This document shows, in pieces, positions 18,589-26,870 of a stretch of DNA of 64,000 nt (its first letter is position 1; every line of letters starts with the position of its first letter). The translations under genes and the position numbers were made by a program. The DNA lies in assembly GCA_029820295.1 (NCBI GenBank), contig JALGVA010000003.1, positions 4,161 through 68,160 of the forward strand, given 5' to 3'. The stretch comes from Candidatus Zipacnadia bacterium (GTDB taxonomy: Bacteria > Armatimonadota > Zipacnadia > Zipacnadales > UBA5352). The notes below the pieces were generated by a model. The model had not been told where the DNA came from and ran no database searches. It saw nothing but the letters and a program-made list of their open reading frames with translations.

Positions 18589-19092
18589 CTACTTCAGCCC
18601 CACCAGCTCGCGCATCTGCGCGACGACCTCCTCGGCGCGCTCGGGGCTCTTAATCGACATGCTCTCGTACAGGCGCACGGTCTCACCGCTCTTCAGGCGG
18701 AAGACCGGCAGCAGGTAAGGGACGTTGTCGGCGGTTGAGACATCGCGCGTGATCTGCTCCAGCTCTATCGCGCGGATCTCCCCGAAGCCGAACTCCCGCT
18801 CCGTCACCTGGCCACGCTCGCTGGCGACCAGCCGGACCACGCGGCGGTCGCCGTCAAAGCTGATCTCCCAGCGCCCGCGGCGCGGTGAGCGCATGAACAA
18901 CAGCAGGCCGATCCCGGCGAGCCCGCACAGTCCGCCGAAGCCGAGCGTCCACCAGTTGGGCCCGCGCAGCAGGCCGAGGACCGCCAGCACCACGCCGACC
19001 AGCAGCAGGACGACGATGCTGCAGCCCATGGCGCAGCGCGCACCGCGGTCCGCGGCCTCCCAGGTGACGACGTTCTCGCCCGCCTCGCTCAT
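18589..19092 (-). CDS. hypothetical membrane protein (two predicted TM helices)
   Basis: 167 aa; hydrophobic stretches IVVLLLVGVVLAVLGLL and GGLCGLAGIGLLLF; begins 9 nt after the GH116 stop on the same strand. Confidence 0.5.
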   Translation of the reverse strand: MSEAGENVVTWEAADRGARCAMGCSIVVLLLVGVVLAVLGLLRGPNWWTLGFGGLCGLAGIGLLLFMRSPRRGRWEISFDGDRRVVRLVASERGQVTEREFGFGEIRAIELEQITRDVSTADNVPYLLPVFRLKSGETVRLYESMSIKSPERAEEVVAQMRELVGLK

Positions 19093-19101
19093 GGCGTGCC
19101 C

Positions 19102-21843
19102 TCACCACTCGATGCGGATGGTCAGATCGTCCTCGCCCGCCGTCAGCGCCAGCCCGTCGGCGAACTCGATGAGAAGTTGCCCGTCCGCCACGCGCGTGTC
19201 GATGGCTATCTCCGCGCCACCCAGGTAGGCGGAGACGCCCGGGCTGTCCCCCGCCCCCTCAGGCAGCCCGAGCCGCAGCGTGTCCAAGGCAAGGCTGCCC
19301 CACGCGAGGCGCAGCTCGTTGCTCTGGGAGCGCTCGCCGCGGTGCTGGCCGAAGGTGCCCCAGCCCTCGGCGGTGATGAAGAACCCGCGGAACTGCTCGG
19401 GGGTCACGCGCGGGTCGAAGCCCAGCAGCGCGCGGGACGCGTGGTAGACGCGGCCGGCCGCCGCTTCGAGCATGTACCAGGAGGCCATCGGCCGCGCGTA
19501 GTGGTCGCCGCACTCGATCTCGTTCCACGGGTTGCGGTACGTACCATCGTGACGCTCGTACGCGGCCTTGATGATGTGCATGGCCTGCTCGACCATTCCC
19601 TCGGCGAGCATGTGCCCGGCGACCTGGAACTCGAGGCCGGTCCACACCTCATCGGCGTAGAGCATCGGATGCTCCTGCCGCCCGCCGCGCGGCCAGGTAG
19701 TGGTCAGCAGACCCTTGTCCCAGTCGGAGGCGTAGACACGCGGCTGCTGCACGTGGCCGACGAAGTCGTGGCGGAAGTTGTGCCGGTAGATGGCGTTGAG
19801 CGCGGTGCGGACGTTGCCCGGATCGAGGAGGTAGCCCAGGTCGAGGCTGTGCGCCCACCACTGGCCGAAAAGCTGGTCGGACAGGCAGCCCTTCCCATAC
19901 TGGCGCCGGTCCGCGCCCGGGATGGTCTCGTCGAAGCGCTGCTCGTAGTACTCACCATTGAAGAGCGTCGCATCGATCTTCGCGCTCCCGGATTCGAAGC
20001 GCCGGCGACACTCTTCGGCGAGTTCGGCCTCGCCGCGATGCAGCGCCATCTCTTCGACGGCAAGCAGCGCCGCCAGATAGAGCAGCGAGCAGTAGGTGTT
20101 GTGCCCGTAGAAGTAGAGATCGTAGGTATTCCACTGCGGCCCGTCCAGCACGCCGTCCCCGTCGTCGTCCCACTCTTCGAAGCCGAACTGCACCGCGCGC
20201 AGCAGCTCAGGCCACAGCTCGTCAAGGAAGTCTTCGCATCCGCACTGCTGCCACTCGCGGCAGACTTTGAGGATGGTGCCCCAGTGCCCGTCGCAGGCGA
20301 CGTTGGTGTGCTCGCCGCCGGTGGGCACCCGCCAGCGGGGCAGATACAGCGGAAGGACCGTGCGGAAAATGACGCCTCCCTCGGGGGTCATCTGCACCTT
20401 CAGATCGGTGCGCCGCATGGTGCGCTCGAGGTCGGGGAAGAGCCGCGACAGCGTCATCTCGTAGTTCCACACGTGCGTGCAGTTAAGCGGGCAGCATCCG
20501 CTGGCGCAGCCCCAGTCGGAGTTGACCGCGCCGCGCACCCCCTCGAAGCCGTGGAAGTTCCCGTCCTCATTCCACATGCAGGTGGGACTGCGCAGCGTCG
20601 CCGCCTGCGCGCTGACCCGATCGGTGAACCAGTAGGGGAGCGTGGTGTCGTAGAGCGTGTCGCGATACCGGCGCGTGTCGCCGGCGAGGCGGTCGAGGTT
20701 CTCGCGCACGTAGGCAAGCACGTCGAGCGCCGAGCCGAACCAATTGTTGTACATGTTGCCCAGCCAGAAGCGGCTCTTCGTGTCTGTGATGCCGAAGCCG
20801 ACCTGGCTCCAGTTGACGTAGTGGTTGGGGAAGTGCCAGGCGATCACGAAGGCGACCTGCGCGCTCTGACCCGGCGCCAGAACGAGGTGTGCGGCGACCG
20901 CACCGTTGACCGTGCGGCCGTCGGGACTCGGACCCGCCGGGGCGGCGGGCAGCAGACGCCCGCACTGTGACAGCCCGCGCCAGAAGGCGTCGAAGTCGGT
21001 CCAGCGCTCCTGGATCGAGCAGCCGTCCGCCAGCGCCGCGATGACCATCGACCCCTGGGCGGGCTCATCGGCGGGCAGGCGCATGTTGGTCATCTCGACC
21101 GCGGCCAGCCCCTCCTCGCGCACTGCGCGGTTCACATTGCCGCCGTAGCACGGGCACTGGACGCCCGCGATGCCGCCGGCCGAGTCGTAGCCCACCGCGT
21201 TCTGAAGCGAGCCGGCCAGTGCCACGTTCACCTGCGCGCTGCTGGTGTTCTCGATCGTGAAGAAGAACAGCGCCGCGGGCAGACCAGAGTCCTTCGAGTT
21301 CAGTGGGATCATCGGCGAGAACGCCTGCAGGGAGACCTTCACGGGGAGCTCGTCATCGACGTATCTCAGCTCGGCGATGGGGTACTCGCCGATGTACTCG
21401 ATGTCATCGACGCAGGCTCCCGACCGCGCCAGTACACGCGCCTCGTCAGGGATCATGTAGTCGGAGGTGCTCAGCGCGGGCTCGAAGTCGTCGGCGTAGA
21501 AGCAGTCGGTCTGCAGCAGCCGCGTGACCGGGCCGCCGCCGCGCCGGCCGCCTTGGGCGCGGATGGCGAAGAAGGTGCCGGGCAGGAACGCGCTGTGGTT
21601 GACCTGGTTGAAGATCTGCCACTGGCGCAGCGTGCCGTCGCCGGCGAGCGCGAAGTTGCCGGCGCCGACGCCGCCCATGGGCATGGCGACTGCTCGCAGA
21701 GACGGCCCACGGTAGACGATGCGCTCGGTAGGGTCGAGTACGTGGTCGGCCCACTCCTGAAACTGCTCGGGGGTGCAGCGCGGGGCTTCGCGATCGGGCA
21801 TCCGGATCTCCTCCGCAAGCGACGGGCTGTGCGAGGCTGCCAT
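19102..21843 (-). CDS. glycoside hydrolase family 116 (glucosylceramidase/beta-glucosidase-like, GH116 N-terminal domain plus DUF608 catalytic domain)
   Basis: MPMGGVGAGNFALAGDGTLRQWQIFNQ N-domain signature; about 900 aa; start at MAASHSPS (ATG ending 21843) preceded by GGAGGG. Confidence 0.8.
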   Translation of the reverse strand: MAASHSPSLAEEIRMPDREAPRCTPEQFQEWADHVLDPTERIVYRGPSLRAVAMPMGGVGAGNFALAGDGTLRQWQIFNQVNHSAFLPGTFFAIRAQGGRRGGGPVTRLLQTDCFYADDFEPALSTSDYMIPDEARVLARSGACVDDIEYIGEYPIAELRYVDDELPVKVSLQAFSPMIPLNSKDSGLPAALFFFTIENTSSAQVNVALAGSLQNAVGYDSAGGIAGVQCPCYGGNVNRAVREEGLAAVEMTNMRLPADEPAQGSMVIAALADGCSIQERWTDFDAFWRGLSQCGRLLPAAPAGPSPDGRTVNGAVAAHLVLAPGQSAQVAFVIAWHFPNHYVNWSQVGFGITDTKSRFWLGNMYNNWFGSALDVLAYVRENLDRLAGDTRRYRDTLYDTTLPYWFTDRVSAQAATLRSPTCMWNEDGNFHGFEGVRGAVNSDWGCASGCCPLNCTHVWNYEMTLSRLFPDLERTMRRTDLKVQMTPEGGVIFRTVLPLYLPRWRVPTGGEHTNVACDGHWGTILKVCREWQQCGCEDFLDELWPELLRAVQFGFEEWDDDGDGVLDGPQWNTYDLYFYGHNTYCSLLYLAALLAVEEMALHRGEAELAEECRRRFESGSAKIDATLFNGEYYEQRFDETIPGADRRQYGKGCLSDQLFGQWWAHSLDLGYLLDPGNVRTALNAIYRHNFRHDFVGHVQQPRVYASDWDKGLLTTTWPRGGRQEHPMLYADEVWTGLEFQVAGHMLAEGMVEQAMHIIKAAYERHDGTYRNPWNEIECGDHYARPMASWYMLEAAAGRVYHASRALLGFDPRVTPEQFRGFFITAEGWGTFGQHRGERSQSNELRLAWGSLALDTLRLGLPEGAGDSPGVSAYLGGAEIAIDTRVADGQLLIEFADGLALTAGEDDLTIRIEW

Positions 21844-21917
21844 GACCCATTTCCCTCCAGCCGACGCTCTGTCCTCCCGCCAGGATGATCGTGTAGCGAT
21901 ACGGCCCGAAGCTCTCG

Positions 21918-21940
21918 TTGACCTCAAATCTTAAGGTCAA
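21918..21940 (+). promoter_or_regulatory. inverted repeat TTGACCT-N9-AGGTCAA (candidate operator) upstream of flp promoter
   Basis: perfect 7-bp arms; located 30 nt upstream of the -35 element. Confidence 0.3.
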
Positions 21941-21970
21941 AAAAGTTAAGGAGCGCGTTTATCGCTCTAG

Positions 21971-21999
21971 TTGACATGGAAGACTGATTGTGGTATGGT
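21971..21999 (+). promoter_or_regulatory. sigma70-like promoter TTGACA-N17-TATGGT upstream of Flp pilin gene
   Basis: TTGACA 21971-21976, 17-nt spacer, TATGGT 21994-21999; leaves about 110-nt leader before ATG 22110. Confidence 0.45.
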
Positions 22000-22109
22000 T
22001 GCGTCGTGAGGTTCCCTTGAGGTTGCCGAGAGCACACACTGAGCTAACGGGTCGCGGCACCAATCGCAGCCAGGACTTCACGGGACAGACGGGTACGGAG
22101 GCGACGACG

Positions 22110-22289
22110 ATGGCTCAGGACATGCTGCGGCTGCTGCGGGACGAAGAGGGCGTCGCGACGGTGGAGTATGCGCTGCTTCTCAGTCTGGTCGTTGTGGCTG
22201 GCATGGCCGCATGGCAGGGCCTCAGTCAGACCATCGGCAACGTGCTGCGTGAGTCCACCGTCACGATCGCCACAGGTGGCAATAACTAG
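22110..22289 (+). CDS. Flp family type IVb pilin
   Basis: 59 aa; MLRLLRDEEGVATVEYALLLSLVVVAGMAA matches Flp prepilin leader/G-ATVEY processing motif plus hydrophobic helix; GGAGG RBS; the longer ORF-track N-terminus is rejected. Confidence 0.75.
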   Translation: MAQDMLRLLRDEEGVATVEYALLLSLVVVAGMAAWQGLSQTIGNVLRESTVTIATGGNN

Positions 22290-22319
22290 AGCCATCTGAG
22301 TCGCGCATAGCAGTTCACG

Positions 22320-22349
22320 ACAACGGCCGCCTGCGCAGGCGGCCGTTGT
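22320..22349. terminator. perfect palindromic hairpin, bidirectional terminator between flp (+) and ndk (-)
   Basis: ACAACGGCCGCC-TGCGCA-GGCGGCCGTTGT, 12-bp perfect stem. Confidence 0.55.
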
Positions 22350-22365
22350 CCGTTCTCCCCGACGC

Positions 22366-22770
22366 TCAGTCCGCCCCGAAGATCAGGCCGATCTCACGCG
22401 CGGCCGACTCAGACGAGTCGGAGGCATGGACGCAGTTGCGCGGCAGGTTCTCACCCAGGTCGGCGCGGATGGTTCCGGGCTCCGCCTCGCAGGGGTCGGT
22501 GGCCCCGGCCAGGTTGCGGGCGCGGTGGATGGCCTCGTCGCGCCGTGCCTCGATGAACAGCGACGGCCCGGAGAGCATGAAGTCGATCAGCCGGGCGAAG
22601 TACCACTTGCCCTCGTGCTCGGCGTAGAACCGCCGGACCAGCTCCTCGGGTAGCAGCTCGAAGCGCATGCGCACGAACTCGAACCCGGCGGCCTCGAAGC
22701 GTGACAGCACCCGGCCGACGAGCCCGCGGGCGACCGCGTCGGGCTTCACAATGATGAGCGTGCGTTCCAT
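22366..22770 (-). CDS. ndk: nucleoside diphosphate kinase
   Basis: MERTLIIVKPDAV...catalytic His region NxVHASDS; 134 aa. Confidence 0.9.
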   Translation of the reverse strand: MERTLIIVKPDAVARGLVGRVLSRFEAAGFEFVRMRFELLPEELVRRFYAEHEGKWYFARLIDFMLSGPSLFIEARRDEAIHRARNLAGATDPCEAEPGTIRADLGENLPRNCVHASDSSESAAREIGLIFGAD

Positions 22771-22779
22771 GAGAGCACC

Positions 22780-23334
22780 TCAGGTGAGTGGCTTCTCGCC
22801 GACGAAGGCGGTGCCGCCGACGCAGTCGTAGCCGACGATCACCGGGAACTGCTCGACCTGGAGCCGCCGGATCGCCTCCGGCCCCAGCTCCGGGTAGGCC
22901 ACCACCTCGGCGGCCACGACGCGGTCGGCCAGCAGCGCGCCCGCACCGCCGACCGCAACGAAGTAGACGCCGCCGAAGCGCCGCAGCGCCTGGCGCACGT
23001 GTGCCGAGCGGTTGCCCTTGCCGATGGTGCCGCGCAGGCCGCGGCGGTACAGCTCCGGGGCGAAGTCGTCCATGCGGTAGGAGGTGGTCGGGCCGGCGGC
23101 GCCGATGGGCCGGCCGGGCGGGGCGGGCGTCGGGCCGCTGTAGTAGATGACCTGCCCCTCCAGCGGGATGGGCAGCTCCTCCCCCGCCTCGATGAGCGCC
23201 ATCAGCCGCTGGTGGGCGGCGTCACGTGCGGTGTAGAGCGGTCCGTTGAGGTGGATGACATCGCCCGCGCGCAGCGAACACGCGCTCTTCTCGGTGAGCG
23301 GCAGTCCCAGGTCGATCACATCGGTTCCGGTCAC
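22780..23334 (-). CDS. Fe-S hydro-lyase beta subunit (class I fumarate hydratase / tartrate dehydratase C-terminal domain)
   Basis: 184 aa; GDVIHLNGPLYTARDAAHQRL and GKGNRS motifs of FumA/TtdB C-terminal domain. Confidence 0.8.
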   Translation of the reverse strand: MTGTDVIDLGLPLTEKSACSLRAGDVIHLNGPLYTARDAAHQRLMALIEAGEELPIPLEGQVIYYSGPTPAPPGRPIGAAGPTTSYRMDDFAPELYRRGLRGTIGKGNRSAHVRQALRRFGGVYFVAVGGAGALLADRVVAAEVVAYPELGPEAIRRLQVEQFPVIVGYDCVGGTAFVGEKPLT

Positions 23335-23385
23335 AGTCGCATCCCTTACCTGCGTGGCTGATGGTTTCAGCAGATCGGCCGCGGC

Positions 23386-23907
23386 TCACAGCGCCGCGCT
23401 GTCCGCAAGAAGCGCCATGGCGGCCGAGAGCGCGAAGAACAGGAGCAGGTTGACGAGCAGCACGGTCCGGGTCAGCGGCCGCTCCGGCATCTGCGCGTGC
23501 AGCCACATCGATAGCACAGGCACCTTGACCGCCAGGAAGACGGCGGCGTACAGCACCGCGGCGACCGCCGCTTCCATGACACTGTAGCCGGCCGCGTCAC
23601 TGCCCGCCAGGCGCGCGAACCACGGGTTCACACCTCCGGGCAGGAAATGCACCCACACGACGGTGGCGCCGTAGACGGCCAGGTCAAGCAGGGCGCACAG
23701 GCCCAGTCCGGTGACGAAACGCACGCCGAGGTGCAGTCGGTAGAACAGCGCCTCCGCTATCGGCAGGAGTGCCACCAGGACCACCGCCACCAAGACTGCC
23801 TGGGTCTGGGCCTCGGCAACGGCGGCCGATTCCTGGGCCATCGCTGCGGCGGCAGAGGCCAGCGCGACGGCGCCTGCGGCCATCAGATGCGCTGGCGTGC
23901 CCGACAT
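23386..23907 (-). CDS. hypothetical polytopic membrane protein (about 5 TM; possibly ECF S-component/QueT-like)
   Basis: 174 aa, strongly hydrophobic; fills the 640-nt gap between the fumarase alpha and beta genes on the same strand; start set at MSGTPAHL. Confidence 0.45.
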   Translation of the reverse strand: MSGTPAHLMAAGAVALASAAAAMAQESAAVAEAQTQAVLVAVVLVALLPIAEALFYRLHLGVRFVTGLGLCALLDLAVYGATVVWVHFLPGGVNPWFARLAGSDAAGYSVMEAAVAAVLYAAVFLAVKVPVLSMWLHAQMPERPLTRTVLLVNLLLFFALSAAMALLADSAAL

Positions 23908-23972
23908 GACACCGGGTCTCTTCGGTGTTGCGGCCACAGTGCAACACCTCCGGGGCGGCGGGGATGCGCGCG

Positions 23973-24818
23973 TCACAGCTCGACGGTCATGTGCCTGGCG
24001 GCATGGCACTGCACGTTCAATGCAAGCGGCAGGCTGGCAATGTGGCATGGGTGGCGCTCCACGTGCACGGCCAGTGCCGTGGTCAGCCCCCCCAGGCCCA
24101 TCGGGCCCACGCCGGTCTCGTTGACGGCGGCGAGGACGTCGCGCTCAAGCGCGGCCACGTCCGGCTCTGGAGACGGCTCGCCCAGCGGGCGCAGCAAGGC
24201 GCGCTTGGCCAGGAGGGCCGACAGCTCGAAGGTCCCGCCCAGCCCCACGCCGAGCACGAGCGGCGGGCAGGGCATTCCGGCCGCCGCCCCCACCTGCGCC
24301 GCGATGGCCTCGATCACGCCGTCGCGCCCCTGGGCAGGCGTGAGCATCCACAGCGCGCTCATATTCTCGCTACCGCCGCCCTTGGGCGCGAAGTGCAGCG
24401 TCACGCCATCGCCCGGCACCACCCGTACGTGCACAACGGCCGGCGTGTTGTCACCGGTGTTAGTCGAGCGGTCCAGCGGGTTGCGCACCACCGACTTGCG
24501 CAGGTAGCCTTCCTCGTAGCCGCGGCGCACCCCCTCGTCCACGGCCGCCTGCAGCTCGCCGCCCACGAGGTGGGCATCCTGCCCCAGATCGACGAAGACC
24601 ACCGCAACACCCGTGTCCTGGCACAGGGGCAACCCGGTCTCGTCCGCCCGCTCGGCATTGAGCAGGAGCTGGTCAAGAACCTCGCGCGCGATGCCCGACT
24701 CCTCGCGATCACGCGCGGCGCGCAGGGCGACGACCACATCCGCCGGCAACTCCACGTTTGAGCGCCGCGCCAGTTCGGCCACGGCTTCGCTAATGCGGCT
24801 CACGTCCACGTCTCTCAT
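23973..24818 (-). CDS. Fe-S hydro-lyase alpha subunit (class I fumarate hydratase / tartrate dehydratase N-terminal catalytic domain)
   Basis: 281 aa; CQDTGVAVVFVDLGQD and PKGGGSEN motifs of FumA/TtdA. Confidence 0.8.
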   Translation of the reverse strand: MRDVDVSRISEAVAELARRSNVELPADVVVALRAARDREESGIAREVLDQLLLNAERADETGLPLCQDTGVAVVFVDLGQDAHLVGGELQAAVDEGVRRGYEEGYLRKSVVRNPLDRSTNTGDNTPAVVHVRVVPGDGVTLHFAPKGGGSENMSALWMLTPAQGRDGVIEAIAAQVGAAAGMPCPPLVLGVGLGGTFELSALLAKRALLRPLGEPSPEPDVAALERDVLAAVNETGVGPMGLGGLTTALAVHVERHPCHIASLPLALNVQCHAARHMTVEL

Positions 24819-24843
24819 GCGCGCAAGGTCCCTTTCGTGAGCG

Positions 24844-25842
24844 TCAGGAGAGGTCTACGACCGCCGTGCCGTTGGCGGCGTCGCGCAGCTTCAGGCACAC
24901 CTCGGTCATGCGCAGGCAGTCCTCGGTCGGCACATGGCAGGGCTTGTGGCCGCGCGTGGCCGCGACGAAGTCGGCGAACTGGTCGAGCTTCTCGTCCAGC
25001 TCGACCGCGCGCGGGCCCTCGTCGGCGGTGATGAGCGTGACCTGCTCGGCGGTGTATATCCACTCGATGACGCCCTCGTTGCCCGCCACGCGCAGGCGAT
25101 CGTCGCCGTGGGTGGGAGCCGCGGCCGGCCGGCAGTAGTCGAGGCGCGCGCTGGCCGAGCCTGTGTTGTCGAGACCCAGGGCGATGGAGGCGCTGTCCTC
25201 AAGGTCGCCGATCTCGGGATGCGCCACGTTGGCGCACCACGCCGCCCCGGCGGTGAACTCGCGCCCGGTGGTCCAGCGGATCAGATCGAGCGCGTGGATG
25301 CCGATGAACGGGATGATGCCCGAGAAGGTCTCGCGGCTGCGCTGCCACTGCGGCCGGTCGCCCAGGCGATAGGACTTCTGCATGGTGGCCAGGCATACCT
25401 CGCCGATGGCGCCTTCGGCGATCATCCGGCGCATGGTCAGGTAGGGCGGCTCGAAGCGCATGGTCAGCAGCATGGACAGCAGGATGCCGCTGTCGGCGAC
25501 CGTCTGCCCGACCTGTGCCAGCTCGTCGAGGTCCATCGCCAGCGGTTTCTCGGCCAGCACGTGAATGCCGCGCTCGGCGGCGGCGCAGATCATGGGAGCG
25601 CGCTCTGCGTCGGTGCCGGCGATGCCCACGATGTCCATCTCGACGCCATCAAGCATGGCGGTCGCATCTGTGTACGTGGCAGTCTCCGCATCTGCCGAAG
25701 GCCAGCCGGACACGCCCGCGAGCTTGCTCTCGTCGTCGTCACAGACGGCGACCAGGCGGGCCTCATCCATCGCCTGCACGCCACTGAGGATGGTACCCTG
25801 ATGGCCCTTGAGGCCGATGAGACCGACGCGCAGAGACATGAC
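24844..25842 (-). CDS. Gfo/Idh/MocA family oxidoreductase
   Basis: LRVGLIGLKGHQG Rossmann start, EKP motif; start at MSLRVGL with GGAGG 7 nt upstream. Confidence 0.75.
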   Translation of the reverse strand, partial: VMSLRVGLIGLKGHQGTILSGVQAMDEARLVAVCDDDESKLAGVSGWPSADAETATYTDATAMLDGVEMDIVGIAGTDAERAPMICAAAERGIHVLAEKPLAMDLDELAQVGQTVADSGILLSMLLTMRFEPPYLTMRRMIAEGAIGEVCLATMQKSYRLGDRPQWQRSRETFSGIIPFIGIHALDLIRWTTGREFTAGAAWCANVAHPEIGDLEDSASIALGLDNTGSASARLDYCRPAAAPTHGDDRLRVAGNEGVIEWIYTAEQVTLITADEGPRAVELDEKLDQFADFVAATRGHKPCHVPTEDCLRMTEVCLKLRDAANGTAVVDLS

Positions 25843-26062
25843 GCGACCTCCAGTGTTGCGTACCGCCATGTGATATGCGCATGTGATTTCCGCACGCGGT
25901 GCGCCATTCCTGCGCGCACAGGTCGGAATCGGGAATCGCGGGCCGAACGGGCCGTGACGGCGCGCCAAAGCCGATGCGCGCTTGACGCTGCCACTGTGCT
26001 TCGTTATACTCACCGTGGCTGTCCGCCTGCCAGCAGCACAGCAAACCCTGGAGGTGTTGGGC

Positions 26063-26791
26063 GTGCGCGCTCATAAGCTCGCAGCAGTAGTCGCAGCGAC
26101 GCTGGTCATGTGTGCCGGCCTTGGCTGGGCCCAAGGCTGGGACGCTCTGGACATCTGGAACGCGGACGACGCGGCCAACGCGGCGCTCACCAGTTGGTTC
26201 GGCACCAGCGGTCTGATTGTTGTGCCCACAGCGGAGACGCTGCCGCCGGAGGGCCTGCAGGCTCACCTGAACGTGATCGAGAACGAGAACGATGACTGGG
26301 CCACGATCTGGGGCGCCAACGTCAGCCTGTACGAGGGGTTCGAGGGCGGCGTCACCGGCGTGGATGACACCTGGACGGGCGCCGACAGCGAGGTGCTGTT
26401 CCAGGCCAAGTGGCGCCTGCCGGTGCAGGATTACTTCGGCCTTCCTGCCGAAGCGCCGATGATCGCGGTCGGCGGCCGCGACCTGGGCGATCAGCTCAAT
26501 CGCACCTGGTACGTGGTGCTGACCAAGGACGTGCCGTTGGACGCCACACGCCAGCACATGGTTGGCCTGACCGTCGGCTTCGGCGACACCGAGTTGTCCG
26601 ACAGTCCACTGGACGGCCTCTTCGGCGGCGTGGACGTGCCGCTGTTTGACTACGGCCGCCTGCAGCTTGAGCACGACGGCGAGAACTTCAACGCTGCGCT
26701 GCGCTACTGGTGGAGCGAGTGGGCGGTCACCGAGGCCGCGCTGCTCGACGACAACCTGAGCTTCGGCTTCACCGTCAACTCCGGCTTCTAA
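26063..26791 (+). CDS. putative outer-membrane beta-barrel protein (signal peptide, C-terminal aromatic terminus)
   Basis: GTG start with GGAGG 8 nt upstream; signal-like VRAHKLAAVVAATLVMCAGLGWA; ends ...SFGFTVNSGF (alternating hydrophobic pattern with terminal Phe typical of OMPs); no family recognised. Confidence 0.5.
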   Translation: MRAHKLAAVVAATLVMCAGLGWAQGWDALDIWNADDAANAALTSWFGTSGLIVVPTAETLPPEGLQAHLNVIENENDDWATIWGANVSLYEGFEGGVTGVDDTWTGADSEVLFQAKWRLPVQDYFGLPAEAPMIAVGGRDLGDQLNRTWYVVLTKDVPLDATRQHMVGLTVGFGDTELSDSPLDGLFGGVDVPLFDYGRLQLEHDGENFNAALRYWWSEWAVTEAALLDDNLSFGFTVNSGF

Positions 26792-26810
26792 GCTCACCGC
26801 ACGCACACAG

Positions 26811-26838
26811 GCGCCCCGCTCCCATCGGAGCGGGGCGC
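26811..26838. terminator. GC-rich hairpin terminator between convergent OMP-like gene and argD
   Basis: GCGCCCCGCTCC-CATC-GGAGCGGGGCGC, 12-bp perfect stem. Confidence 0.5.
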
Positions 26839-26870
26839 TGTCGGTTGTGCCGATCCGGCAGCCGAGCGCG

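Noticed and set aside
19096-20970. 624-aa plus-strand ORF over the GH116 gene
   Set aside because: It is antisense to the GH116 ORF, which has the N-terminal MPMGGVGAGNF signature and a good RBS. The plus-strand translation is low complexity.
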